NCBI GenBank assembly: GCA_019056785.1
Contig: DXJV01000073.1
Location: forward strand, 39,957-103,956
Length of the DNA stretch: 64,000 nt
Direction: 5' to 3'
Source of the DNA: Candidatus Heimdallarchaeota archaeon
GTDB taxonomy: Archaea > Asgardarchaeota > Heimdallarchaeia > JABLTI01
The position numbers were made by a program, and so were the translations under genes. Below, one piece after another: positions 18,484 through 28,908 of this stretch. The notes under the pieces were generated by a model. It worked only from the letters and a program-made list of their open reading frames with translations, did not search any database and was not told where the DNA came from. Position 1 is the stretch's first letter. Every line of letters starts with the position of its first letter.

Positions 18484-19407
18484 CTATTTCGGGGAAATAA
18501 TCTTTATTTCCCCTGTTTCTGAGATTAAAGCAACCTTCGCATTGACATAAGTATAATACTCTTCAGAAGTAAAAAGGCTGAGCAATTTATTTTCGAATAG
18601 ATATCGGTAACCTTCGGGGACAACTTCATGAGCCCGAATTATCATTGCCAACTCATTCGTTTTCAAGAACTCTTCAACAAGTGCTTTCCCAAAGGTGTAA
18701 ATGCCGTCTCCCCTCAAGCTATAGGAGGACCACTCGATTTCTGGTTGTGGGTCATTCCAAAGCAATTGCATTATCGTTGGATTCTCAACCATAAAATCAT
18801 CTTTTGGGAGAGAAGCGATTTCTTGGAGAGAGAAATCCTCGATGGGAATTCCTCCATGGACAAAGAAATAGCGAAACTTCTCATGAACAAGGGCTAATGG
18901 TAGCGTTGCAAATGCTTTGTTAAAATGCATAAAGAGTGGCGGTAATGAATGCGGTTCCAATGTATAGTGGAAAAGCGATTCATTTATCCCCTCAAATCGA
19001 AATACCTCCTCTAGAAATCCATAACGTGTATTTACAGGGAATGATTCATGGTTTCCTCGGATAAAATGAACTCTTTTTGGATATTTCAGAACCAAAGCAA
19101 AAATGAGGTTCAAACAAGCAAGAGAATGCGAGCCACGGTCGACAATGTCTCCGAGAAAGATCAGATGTTTTGGATGATTCTTCTCAAGAAACCTTGAAAC
19201 GACGGATTTCAACATGGCAAAGTCTCCATGGATGTCGCCTACAACTAAGATTGATCCCTTAGCAACCCTTTCTAGTGTTGGCAAGGTTGCTGAATGGGTC
19301 ATAAAAGAGCCAATTAAAGAGTCAATCTCTTCCTTTGTGAGCGATTTTGCAACATCAAAGTCTGATAAAAGGCGGTCAATAAATGAGGGGGGGTTTTTAG
19401 TTGGCAT
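18484..19407 (-). CDS. PPP-family Ser/Thr protein phosphatase
   Basis: GDIHG, GDIVDRG, RGNHE, HGG, LLWNDP, RAHE. Confidence 0.93.
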   Translation of the reverse strand: MPTKNPPSFIDRLLSDFDVAKSLTKEEIDSLIGSFMTHSATLPTLERVAKGSILVVGDIHGDFAMLKSVVSRFLEKNHPKHLIFLGDIVDRGSHSLACLNLIFALVLKYPKRVHFIRGNHESFPVNTRYGFLEEVFRFEGINESLFHYTLEPHSLPPLFMHFNKAFATLPLALVHEKFRYFFVHGGIPIEDFSLQEIASLPKDDFMVENPTIMQLLWNDPQPEIEWSSYSLRGDGIYTFGKALVEEFLKTNELAMIIRAHEVVPEGYRYLFENKLLSLFTSEEYYTYVNAKVALISETGEIKIISPK

Positions 19408-19448
19408 GATAGCAGTATCTAAGTTGGAGCGATTAAAAAAGCATTTCT

Positions 19449-20711
19449 TTATTCGGTTTTAAAATCATCTGTTTTAAGGTGCCTTCGACAGATAGGGCAC
19501 GTACCTTGAACCTTCACCCATTCCACTAAGTGAGAATAATGAGCAATAGAATGACAATAAGGGCATGAAGCTATTTTTTGTCCTTTCGCTATTGGCCGGC
19601 GACAAACAGGACAAGGTTCTGATAGGTCCTCAGTGGCAATGCCCTCTCCACTAGCCCGTTGTGCAGCTATCAAGGAAGCTAAACGGCGCAAGGCATTAAC
19701 ATAAGATTGCTTTTTCAAGGGATTATTTGTGAGGTCTGCAGCTTTATCAAAATAATTTACTGCTTCAGAGAACTTGCCATTTCGTTCTAACACAACTGCG
19801 ATTTCGGCATAGAGATCTGAGGTGGCAAGCGCCGGGAAGGCATCACTTATCTCCTGAATCATTTCCTCAGCGGACTCGATGTCACCTGCTGCAGCATAAT
19901 CTCTGAACTTATCAAGAAGCACAAACTTTTCCAATCGCTTTTCAACTCGCAGGGCATCTTTTGGTTGATTGGAGTCATCATAGGCTTTAATGGCTTGTTT
20001 AAAAGCCTCTTTTGCCTCTTCAATTCTCCCTGCTGCAAGTGCACGTTCTCCTCTTTCCTCTTGAGATTCTCCTACCAAATCTTGTCGGCCCAGCTCTCCA
20101 TATATCGAGGCCGATACACCCGGTTGTTCTATAGCTTGATAATCGTGCGCACCGACAGCGAGAATAGCATCAGCCTCGTCAACAAAACCAAGTGCCCGCA
20201 AAAGCTCAGAAGAGATGCGGTATTTTCCCCTATTAAAACTATATTGTGAAAGCTTTCGAACAGTTTGTTCTTGAAATTTTGGTGGGATATACTTCACAAG
20301 GTCGATAACAGTGTTAGTATCATTCCGATCGATAAACATCTTAATAACATCAAAATATGCCCCCGCTAAAAGATAAGCAATTTTAGCTCGTTCCGGGTCG
20401 CTTCGCTCGAATCGTCGCCCTGTTTTGATCCAAAACAGCTGTGCTTCTTTTGGTCCGAGTTCTTGTTGTACGATGGATTCGAATAAAGGGCGCTTATCGA
20501 GAGGTGTTCGAAAATAGAGATTTGCGGCTTCAACATAATTCTTTTGGCGCAAATAGAGTTTGCCTGCCGAGATAAAGTCACCATAACTTAGATATGTTTG
20601 AATGGTTTTTTCTGGTTGCCTTCTTTTCTTCTTGTTCTTTCGACTTGCTGCAATTATCAAAAAGATTAGTGCAATTCCAAAAGCTGTTATAAAGACTAGC
20701 CAAGTTTCCAT
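19449..20711 (-). CDS. Membrane-anchored TPR/alpha-solenoid protein with C-terminal RING-variant domain
   Basis: N-terminal TM plus basic cluster, TPR-like repeats, CPVC-x10-CPYC-x4-HYSH..W...CPIC. Confidence 0.8.
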   Translation of the reverse strand: METWLVFITAFGIALIFLIIAASRKNKKKRRQPEKTIQTYLSYGDFISAGKLYLRQKNYVEAANLYFRTPLDKRPLFESIVQQELGPKEAQLFWIKTGRRFERSDPERAKIAYLLAGAYFDVIKMFIDRNDTNTVIDLVKYIPPKFQEQTVRKLSQYSFNRGKYRISSELLRALGFVDEADAILAVGAHDYQAIEQPGVSASIYGELGRQDLVGESQEERGERALAAGRIEEAKEAFKQAIKAYDDSNQPKDALRVEKRLEKFVLLDKFRDYAAAGDIESAEEMIQEISDAFPALATSDLYAEIAVVLERNGKFSEAVNYFDKAADLTNNPLKKQSYVNALRRLASLIAAQRASGEGIATEDLSEPCPVCRRPIAKGQKIASCPYCHSIAHYSHLVEWVKVQGTCPICRRHLKTDDFKTE

Positions 20712-20821
20712 TGTATAACCCTTTTTTTATCAGCTGTTCTTTGAGGTGAAATAATGCAATTGACTATTAATACATTTGTTTTCTTAAAGAGTTTTTAGGT
20801 TTGACAAGATTTCCTCGAGAA

Positions 20822-22639
20822 TCATTTATGAGCCAAATTAACATAGAGACAGTCTTTAGTCTTTTTATCAACTCTTACAAAACCATACCGTTCAAACTGT
20901 GCTAAATCGCCTACTTTTTGTTTTGCGAAAGCCTTCTCTGCAACACCAGTAACAACTGTCAAACTTTTTTCATTAAAGGTATTGTCAATAAAGAGAACAT
21001 CCGGCACCCTAACTTTTACCTGGACAATTGCTGCTGTTTGCGCGGGCACCCATTGAATCTTTGTCCCAAGTTTAAGTTCTGTTCCAGTGAATTCTGCTAT
21101 TGCGTGTGTTTTATATTTTATTAAAAACTCTTCTGACCCCCCAACAATTTTCAATGTTCGTTTTGTTAAATTAACATTTTTTGCGATCAGCTTAATATTA
21201 AAGAGATCCTTTAATCGAAATTCCTCACCTTTGGCTAACTGCTTGAAATCACTGTTTGCTATTAAGAAGAGATTTCCGGCTGGAAGGGTACGCCTTCCTC
21301 GCTCTGGATGATCGGGATGACATAATGGTTCACAAACACGTTCTTTAGTGATGTTTTGTACATATACAACAACTGGATTTGGAACAAAAAAGAATCTATT
21401 AGCAATGGAGTCAATAATTTTCCTATTCGTTGCTGCTATCAAACTCCAATCGATATTCGTTGGTTGGGTGGTCATTCCAACTTGTACGGCTATTTGTTTT
21501 ATTGTTTCAGGAACAATACCCCGTCGTTGTAAACCTTTTATGGTAACAAGACGAATATCGTCCCATCCTTCCACCTTGCCCTCTTGGATTAAAGGAATAA
21601 TCTTTCGTTTTGATGCAGGGCTACCAATGACGTTAAACCGCGCATAATGGAATATCTCAGGATGGGGGAGTAAACCTAAAAGCTCACGAATTTTATTTTG
21701 AAGCTCAATACGGGTGTCAAATTCAGCACTTCTACCTACATGAGTAATACCACAAAGATGGTCTTCTATTGCTACAGCAAAATCATACAAGGGCCAGACA
21801 TTATACTTTCGCCCCTGTAAACAATGCTTTGCTTTTCGAATGGCAAAAATCGCCGGATCACGCATGACAGCATTTTGGCTTTTCATATCGCCCCGCAATC
21901 GAAGAATCATTTCTCCTTCGGCGAATTCTCCTTTCAGCATTTTTTTCCATTCAGCCATAGTTTCTTTTGGGGCCTTTTTTACATGGGGGCAAGCTTTCAT
22001 TTGAGCTCGTAATTCACGGAGTCGGTCAATAGGGCAATTGCAGGTATATGCCAGATTTCTTTTAATTAATTCTTCTGCCTTTTCATAGAAAATGGGAATA
22101 TCATTTGAAACAATGCGTTCCACAGTTGGCTCTAACCCCAGCCATTTTAGAGCATCACGATGGGCTTGCATATATTCTATGCGCTCTTGTTTGGGATTTG
22201 TGTCTTCAAACCGCAACACAAATGTTCCCTCATATTCTTTAGCATAATAATGAGCAAAAAATGCGGTAAAAGCATGTCCGAGATGCATCTCGCCGTTTGG
22301 CTCGGGAGCATATCGGGTGATAACTTTCCCACGTTGCGCGTTTTTAAGTTTAGGTAAACGGTAGGTGCGTTTTGTCGCTGTTTTTTCTTCTAAAAGTTCC
22401 GGGGCAAGAGTTGTTAGTTGATTTTTTTGATCCTCAAAAGTTAATTGATTAATTTCAGCTACGACACGCTCAACCTCAGAAATGATTTTTTTTGCATCTT
22501 TCCGCAATTCTGGATGACGAGCCATAATCTTTTGCATTACTGACTTTTCGTGTGCCTTGCCTTGGTGATGGATGGCATTTTCTAACGCATATTTCTTTAT
22601 GAGCGTTTCCAGCTCACTGGGGGATTGAGCATCTGTCAA
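20822..22639 (-). CDS. gltX: Glutamate--tRNA ligase (archaeal type)
   Basis: TRYAPEPNG.MHLGH, RFEDTNP, WPLYDFA, SKRKI, GWDDIRL, QFERYGF. Confidence 0.97.
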   Translation of the reverse strand: MTDAQSPSELETLIKKYALENAIHHQGKAHEKSVMQKIMARHPELRKDAKKIISEVERVVAEINQLTFEDQKNQLTTLAPELLEEKTATKRTYRLPKLKNAQRGKVITRYAPEPNGEMHLGHAFTAFFAHYYAKEYEGTFVLRFEDTNPKQERIEYMQAHRDALKWLGLEPTVERIVSNDIPIFYEKAEELIKRNLAYTCNCPIDRLRELRAQMKACPHVKKAPKETMAEWKKMLKGEFAEGEMILRLRGDMKSQNAVMRDPAIFAIRKAKHCLQGRKYNVWPLYDFAVAIEDHLCGITHVGRSAEFDTRIELQNKIRELLGLLPHPEIFHYARFNVIGSPASKRKIIPLIQEGKVEGWDDIRLVTIKGLQRRGIVPETIKQIAVQVGMTTQPTNIDWSLIAATNRKIIDSIANRFFFVPNPVVVYVQNITKERVCEPLCHPDHPERGRRTLPAGNLFLIANSDFKQLAKGEEFRLKDLFNIKLIAKNVNLTKRTLKIVGGSEEFLIKYKTHAIAEFTGTELKLGTKIQWVPAQTAAIVQVKVRVPDVLFIDNTFNEKSLTVVTGVAEKAFAKQKVGDLAQFERYGFVRVDKKTKDCLYVNLAHK

Positions 22640-22747
22640 ACTCTTTTTCCTCGCAATTACTCTTATTTTGTTTTTTAGTCGCTTTGATAGGCTATATAAA
22701 AGATTCTTTTCTGGTTTAAAACAAAGTGAAAAAAGGAGAGAGAAGGA

Positions 22748-23446
22748 TTAGTCCTTCGCTTTCAAAATGATTCGTGCATCAACACCAAAAATGCCGTCTT
22801 CGTTTGCAATTACAGGGTTGAGATCGATTTCTTTGATGTAGTTATTGTATTTGTCTGCTATTTTTGAGACATTTACAATCATCTCTGCTAAAGCATCTCT
22901 GTCAACAGGTGGGAGGCCACGAAAACCGTTGAGCATCTTCTGGGTTTTTATTTCATCGATCATTCGCTGTGCGCGCTCTTTCGTTGTTGGGCATAAACGG
23001 AAGGTGACATCACGAATAGCTTCAATTAATGTTCCACCAATGCCAAAAGCAATCACCGGGCCGAATGTTGGGTCGATATTCATACCAATAAATAATTCAA
23101 TGCCCTTTTTAACCTGTTTTTCAACAAGAATTCCATTAAGGGCAAATTTTTGCAAACGAGCTTTCATTGCTTCATATTTTGCTTTCAAAGCACCTTCATC
23201 AGTTATGCCAATTTCCACTGCTTTGAAGTCAGATTTGTGAAGAATTTGGGGCGACATTGCTTTGATGACAATTGGATAACCAATTTTCTTTGCAAAGGCG
23301 ACTGCCTCATCAACATCTTTTGTCAACTTATTTGGCGGAAAGACAACACCTGCAGCTTCGAAGATTTGTAATGCTTCATGCTCTAAAAGGAAATTTCGTC
23401 CTTCTTTATAGGCTGTTTCAAATAAACTTTTTTTATCTGTGGTCAT
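22748..23446 (-). CDS. acdB: Acyl-CoA synthetase (ADP-forming) beta subunit (ATP-grasp)
   Basis: IGYPIVIK, HKSD, DPTFGP, EIDLNP, VDARI. Start MTTDKK at 23446. Confidence 0.9.
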   Translation of the reverse strand: MTTDKKSLFETAYKEGRNFLLEHEALQIFEAAGVVFPPNKLTKDVDEAVAFAKKIGYPIVIKAMSPQILHKSDFKAVEIGITDEGALKAKYEAMKARLQKFALNGILVEKQVKKGIELFIGMNIDPTFGPVIAFGIGGTLIEAIRDVTFRLCPTTKERAQRMIDEIKTQKMLNGFRGLPPVDRDALAEMIVNVSKIADKYNNYIKEIDLNPVIANEDGIFGVDARIILKAKD

Positions 23447-23462
23447 TTTTACATTTCTCCTT

Positions 23463-24893
23463 TTATTCTTTTGGCACTTCTCGAAGTTTGGGAAGAGCCA
23501 TGCCATGTGCCCGGAGGTAGTCAGCATATTCTGTTAATTTATCAATGGCATATACTGAACGCGCCGGTGTTGGATAAAATGGAAAGTTCATTTTTTCAAG
23601 CTCTTCACGGATATATGCCGCTTCTTTCCCACCTATTGCACAAAAGGTAATGGTTTTTTTAATGGTTTTTGCATAGGGTTTCAATCCTTCCATTAGGTCA
23701 TATACATTAATTGCGGGTGGTGTTGGAATTATTATATAGGTTATAGAATCCACATTTGGGTCATCAATTGTTTGCTCGAGAGCGTAGAGATATTCTTTTG
23801 CAGTTGCACTCCCAGTGAGATCGATGGGATTTGCAACAGAGATAATTGGTGGCAAATCAGCACGCATTTTTTCATGAATGTGTGGAGAAAGTTCGGCTAA
23901 TTCCAAACCAAGTTCACCAACAGCATCAGAAGCCATGACGCCAGCGCCCCCACCGTCTGTGATGATTAACACACAGCGCCCTTCAGGGAGGAAGGAGGAA
24001 TTAAATGCATTCATACAATCAAATAATTCATCCCAGGTATATGCTCGAATTATCCCGGCTTCTCGGAAGAGAGCATCTGTCACAGCATCATTTGCTGCAA
24101 GAGAAGCAGTATGACTTGCAACTGCATGAGCACCGGCTTCGTTTCGATTGGCTTTTATGGCGATTATGGGCTTCTTCAGAGAGACTTTCCTGGCGATTTC
24201 AATAAAGCGTCGCCCTTCTTTGAAGCCTTCAAGATAGGCAAGAATGATCTTGGTTTCGGGGTCCTCGCCAAAATATTCAAGAATGTCCGCTTCGTTAATA
24301 TCCGAGGCATTCCCATAGCTAACGAATTTCGAAAGATAGTTCCCGTTCCCCAAGGAACCCATAATATCCAGAAAGGCAGAACCAAATGCGCCGCTTTGAG
24401 AGAGAATCGATACCCCACCAACGCCTGGGCGTTTCAGCTTTTCGTCTGGTAAGAAGATCATATCTAATCCTCTCTTCGGATAGAATAAACCTATGCAGTT
24501 TGGTCCAATTATGCGCATATTGTTTGCTTTGGCAATTTCGTCTATTTCTTTTTGTAGACGAATGCCCTCTTCACCTATCTCTTTAAATCCACCAGAGATG
24601 ATAGTGACAAATTTAATGCCCTTTTTGGCACAATCAGCAACCGCTGAAGGGGTGTATTTTGCAGGAACGATAATTACTGCTGAGTCGACCGGTTCGGCAA
24701 CCTCTTGGATAGATTGATAGACTGGTTGCCCTAAAATTTCTCCTCCTTTCGGATTGATGAGAAAGGTTTTCCCCTTGAAATTTTTTATGAAATTTTCAGC
24801 AATAACATAGCCTGGCTTCCCCTTGGAAGCTGAAGCACCAAAAATCGCTATGCTCTTTGTTTGAAAAAAGTCATGTAATGGATTTTTGGTCAT
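23463..24893 (-). CDS. acdA: Acyl-CoA synthetase (ADP-forming) alpha subunit
   Basis: IGPNCIG, SQSGA, SYGN, ASHTASLA (phospho-His), NPIDLTG. Confidence 0.92.
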   Translation of the reverse strand: MTKNPLHDFFQTKSIAIFGASASKGKPGYVIAENFIKNFKGKTFLINPKGGEILGQPVYQSIQEVAEPVDSAVIIVPAKYTPSAVADCAKKGIKFVTIISGGFKEIGEEGIRLQKEIDEIAKANNMRIIGPNCIGLFYPKRGLDMIFLPDEKLKRPGVGGVSILSQSGAFGSAFLDIMGSLGNGNYLSKFVSYGNASDINEADILEYFGEDPETKIILAYLEGFKEGRRFIEIARKVSLKKPIIAIKANRNEAGAHAVASHTASLAANDAVTDALFREAGIIRAYTWDELFDCMNAFNSSFLPEGRCVLIITDGGGAGVMASDAVGELGLELAELSPHIHEKMRADLPPIISVANPIDLTGSATAKEYLYALEQTIDDPNVDSITYIIIPTPPAINVYDLMEGLKPYAKTIKKTITFCAIGGKEAAYIREELEKMNFPFYPTPARSVYAIDKLTEYADYLRAHGMALPKLREVPKE

Positions 24894-25130
24894 TTTGTAT
24901 TTACTTCCAGAAGTTTGTTTTGTTTTTTTAAGTTTGTAAGTGTCTTCAAATGGTGAGGTAATCCGATGCTTTTTTAAGAGTTTTCAAGGATAACGTAAAT
25001 CTTTGCCCTTCCAAGCAGGAAAATACTTTCAAGCATCTCCCAGTTGTAAGCACTTTTTTGAAAACTCGCAGTTTCGTAGGAAAAAGATTAGAATAGATAG
25101 GGCTTAATCATTGATAGGTAGAGTGCTCAA

Positions 25131-25958
25131 GTGAAAAAAATGACCCGACTGGAAGAATTTTTTAAACAATATGCTGAAAAAGAAGGCTCAAGTTTCTTAC
25201 TGGGAAAAGACTGGTTGACGAAAGGAAAGCAAGAACCGCGAGATTGTCTAATAACGGCACGTCTTACTTCTGGGGCTGTTGCCAAAGCCTTGCAAGAAGA
25301 GGTTCAAACAATTATTTGTATCTATCCCCCCTTTTTTACTCAAGGGTCTCAATCAGGGCTTGTTCCTTGGGAGCTCGAGATATTAACCATGCTAATTGAC
25401 AATCGTTTGGCGGTCTTTTCTCTGGGAGAGAACTGGATAACAAAAGAGCAAGGGGGGTTTGATTATTTACTTGAACTATTAGATTTCCGATATAAACAAC
25501 CACTATTTAACACCTATAATAAACAATGGCTAACTGCCAATGAAGAACCGCAGAAAGTACTGGGGCGGCTTGGGGAACACGCGAAAAAGTTAGACCTAGA
25601 CGAATTATTGACGCTCATTACCCAGCTCACAAACGAAAACCACCGGTATTTTGGGTATAACAAACATCCTATCAAACAACTTGCGATTCTTGAACGGGTA
25701 ATGGAAAGAACCACTCTTTCAGCCATCATAACAAATAATCATATTGATGGTATGGTCGTAGGGAGGATGTTCTACGAAGGGCTCTTAGTGGTCCAGCAGC
25801 TAAGGTTCCCCACCATCGTTCTTGGAGAGCGAGTATTAGAAAATCTGCTCTTAAGACAAGTGCAAAGGCAGCTTTTAGAAGTGTTGGAATTAGAAGTGGG
25901 AAGAATAGTGATCTATAAGCAAAAAAAACTGGGAACACTATTCCTTCCTAAAGATTAG
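25131..25958 (+). CDS. NIF3/YbgI-like protein, divergent
   Basis: Overall NIF3 layout (VAKALQEEVQTIICIYPPFF...LIDNRLAVFSL), but metal-binding His residues are absent. Confidence 0.55.
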   Translation: MKKMTRLEEFFKQYAEKEGSSFLLGKDWLTKGKQEPRDCLITARLTSGAVAKALQEEVQTIICIYPPFFTQGSQSGLVPWELEILTMLIDNRLAVFSLGENWITKEQGGFDYLLELLDFRYKQPLFNTYNKQWLTANEEPQKVLGRLGEHAKKLDLDELLTLITQLTNENHRYFGYNKHPIKQLAILERVMERTTLSAIITNNHIDGMVVGRMFYEGLLVVQQLRFPTIVLGERVLENLLLRQVQRQLLEVLELEVGRIVIYKQKKLGTLFLPKD

Positions 25959-26851
25959 AGCGCCTTCTTCAATGTCTCAACAATTTGGTCTGCTTCAACA
26001 AGAAATTGTCCTAACCGAGGGCGCTTTTTACTAATCCCTACAAAGATACAATCTTTATTAATTGCCTTAAATATCATAAAGGTGTTTTTCTTCATTTGCA
26101 GGATCGTTGAGCTGACCTCATCATCTTTTTCGAGTTCTTCCGAGATGCGACTCACAGTACTAAGCATAACATTTGCAGCAAGCTCAACAACCGGTGAGAG
26201 TTCACCGGCAACATAGATAGGCAAACCATCGTGGGAATATACCGCCATACTATGAAAACTCGAGCCTTTTAACATTCTATTTAGATATTGCTTAACAGAG
26301 ATTTGGTTTGACACCTCTTTTTGCATTACGTCCTTAAATGCAAGAAAGATGGACGCGTCATATATACTTGTCTCATGAATGTAGATATCTAATCCCTCCA
26401 CTTCAAAGAGATTTCGTGTAGCACGAATATATTCTGCGACATTTTCATCTTCATTTAAAAGGTCAATTTTATGTAAAAGGAGGAAGATACGGGCATCAGG
26501 GCTGAATTTATGAAGGTGGCCAATTAAATTATCAAACCAGTATTTGGCAATTGAAAATGTCGATTGATCGCTTATATCTAACACAAAAACTAAAGCAGCC
26601 ACATGCTCATAAATGGGGTCATTTGCTTTTGACAACACATCTTGAATGGATTCATCTCCTCCACAACGAACAACCAAAACCCTTCTTTGGAGAACGTCTC
26701 TAAAAGAATTCCCAACATCCAACTTTTGAATGATTTTCTTTAATTTGGTTGGTGGGTTATTGTCAACTACAACTGCTTTAATAGTCCGTAAGCCAGCCCC
26801 AGGAAGGCCTGCAATGAGAATTTTTGGTGGTTCATCTTCAATATAACTCAA
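25955..26851 (-). CDS. Rag/Gtr-like small GTPase domain (degenerate) fused to roadblock domain
   Basis: KILIAGLPGAGLRT, RCGG, LVFVLD, HKIDL, ETSIYD, then roadblock-like MAVYSHDGLPI. Confidence 0.82.
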   Translation of the reverse strand: MSYIEDEPPKILIAGLPGAGLRTIKAVVVDNNPPTKLKKIIQKLDVGNSFRDVLQRRVLVVRCGGDESIQDVLSKANDPIYEHVAALVFVLDISDQSTFSIAKYWFDNLIGHLHKFSPDARIFLLLHKIDLLNEDENVAEYIRATRNLFEVEGLDIYIHETSIYDASIFLAFKDVMQKEVSNQISVKQYLNRMLKGSSFHSMAVYSHDGLPIYVAGELSPVVELAANVMLSTVSRISEELEKDDEVSSTILQMKKNTFMIFKAINKDCIFVGISKKRPRLGQFLVEADQIVETLKKAL

Positions 26852-27010
26852 ACTGTTTCACCCATCAGGAAAGAAATTTAGGAAGTGATTTTTTCTACTC
26901 ATAACATTAAGCTATCATACTTCAAAAGATTTGCGTTGAGGAAAAACGAATGGTGCAGCTTAGAATGAAAAAAAGAGGAAAGCCGCCCATCTTTTATTTC
27001 CTTGTAATAA

Positions 27011-27622
27011 TTAATTTTCTCGTTCTTTTCGTAATTCTTCAATTTCTTTTGCTAATTCAGCTGACCGGATGTCTGGAGTTGGCAAGCCAGTTTCAGCCCC
27101 GAGGCCAATCTCTGTACCAATTTCACCCATAATTTTATCGACGTCCGTTTCATCAACATCGAGGGACATCATACTTTCAAAATCTTCATCCATCATATCT
27201 GTCGTCATTTCAATGCCTTCAAAAGAGCGTTCCAAATCCTCGATAAGCGCGGAAATTTCAGGAGCGTTGAGATTCGCATTCACTTCACGCAGAGCCCCCG
27301 CCATACCTTTTAATTCGCCGGCGAGTTGTTGTACGGAATCTGCTTGTTCCAGCCTGAATATGATGCCTTCAATACGGGTTGTCAATTTTGTATAACTGTA
27401 CACCCATTTTCGGTTGCGGGCGACATTGGATGCATACAATCGGGCTTGATCCATTAGTCCTTTTCGCATGGCTTCTCGTACTTTCCTTTGTAATTTTGCC
27501 TCGTCATTTTCAAGTTTCTTTGCTGACCGAGCCAAACGTTTGTTGACCATTTTCAAATCGATTATATAATCACGAGTTGATTTTCCGCCACCAAGCCATC
27601 GAATAAATTTACCAAATACCAT
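27011..27622 (-). CDS. ESCRT-III / Snf7-family protein (Vps2/24/46-like)
   Basis: Basic helical N-half with ARLYASNVARNRK, acidic C-half (VDKIMGEI), C-terminal MIM1-like helix ELAKEIEELRK. Confidence 0.9.
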   Translation of the reverse strand: MVFGKFIRWLGGGKSTRDYIIDLKMVNKRLARSAKKLENDEAKLQRKVREAMRKGLMDQARLYASNVARNRKWVYSYTKLTTRIEGIIFRLEQADSVQQLAGELKGMAGALREVNANLNAPEISALIEDLERSFEGIEMTTDMMDEDFESMMSLDVDETDVDKIMGEIGTEIGLGAETGLPTPDIRSAELAKEIEELRKEREN

Positions 27623-27909
27623 TGTTCATCACTTTTAACTATCAATTAATCATTATAGCTGCTTTTCTGTAAAAAAAAGCTTTCTTAATGACAAATTTTA
27701 GGATTATTTTTTAGTTATACTAATTAAAGGGCAATCGGCTTTTTTTACCTTTTGATTTAGTCATGGAATAGCTCTAATAGGAAAAGGAGACGATGGAAAA
27801 AGCATTTTTCTGAAAACAAAAGGAGAAGGGGTGTATGAATGCCTTGCCAATAAGTATATAATCCCTTTTCTGCAACTATTTGTTAAATTAGTTAAGGAGA
27901 TGGTAGTAA

Positions 27910-28791
27910 ATGGCAAAGCAGATAGTGAGAGTATTGGCAGATGCAACAATAGACCTCCCCCCAGAGTGGATCACGAAATACAACATTGGTATTTTACCCA
28001 CTCAGATAATGATGCATGATAGGGAAAAACCATATAGAAATTACATTGATATTACTGCCGAAGAATTCTATGAGAAACTCTTAAAGGCCGACGATGTTCC
28101 AACTACAGCAGTGCCAAAACAAGGCGATATTTATCGTGCCTATGAAGAGTCTCTCCAAGAATATGACTCCCTTGTTGTACTGGCACACTCGAGTAAAATT
28201 AGTGGGAGTTATAATATTGCTAAGAAAGTTGCAGAAATGTTCCCCAGAAAAGACATCACAGTTATTGATACTCAAACGATAACAATTATGGAAGGGCTAC
28301 TGGTCTATGAAGGAGCGAAAATGGCTTTGGCAGGAGCAACAAAAGAGGAGATTGTTGCAAGAATCAACTCACTTATCCCTCACACACATGGAATAGCAAT
28401 CTTGAAAACACTCGAGTATCTCCGGAAGGGTGGTAGAATTAGCATAACAAAACAGGTCCTTGGCAACCTTGCAAAACTGAAACCCATCATCGCTGTTGAA
28501 GACGGGCTTGTGAAAAACATCGGCAAAGTAAAAGGGTTTGAGAATGGAGTGGAGCTCCTTAAGAATGCTATTCCGAAAATTGTTGCAGGGAGAAAGTTTG
28601 AAACCATGGTAATTCTTCATGCTCTTATGCCTAGAGAAGCAGCAGAACTGAAAGAACATGTCCTAGCACAAGAAAACCCGCCAAAAGAGGTTGAAGTTTT
28701 TCTTATAGGACCAGTATTAGGGGCTCACATGGGCCCCTATTGTCTTGGGCTGGGCTGGATTGGTACGTGGGATAAAAAATGGTTTCAATAA
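27910..28791 (+). CDS. DegV-family fatty-acid-binding protein
   Basis: DATIDLP, PTTAVP, SSKISGSY, LEYLRKGGRI, GAHMGP. Confidence 0.95.
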   Translation: MAKQIVRVLADATIDLPPEWITKYNIGILPTQIMMHDREKPYRNYIDITAEEFYEKLLKADDVPTTAVPKQGDIYRAYEESLQEYDSLVVLAHSSKISGSYNIAKKVAEMFPRKDITVIDTQTITIMEGLLVYEGAKMALAGATKEEIVARINSLIPHTHGIAILKTLEYLRKGGRISITKQVLGNLAKLKPIIAVEDGLVKNIGKVKGFENGVELLKNAIPKIVAGRKFETMVILHALMPREAAELKEHVLAQENPPKEVEVFLIGPVLGAHMGPYCLGLGWIGTWDKKWFQ

Positions 28792-28908
28792 ACAAAAGAA
28801 ACAATTACCGGTAGTTACTTTTGCAAGAAAAATTTATCAAAAAGAAACCCTTTTAGCATAAATCAGCCAGAAATAATATAGACGTTAGAAGTTATTGGAG
28901 CAATTAAA

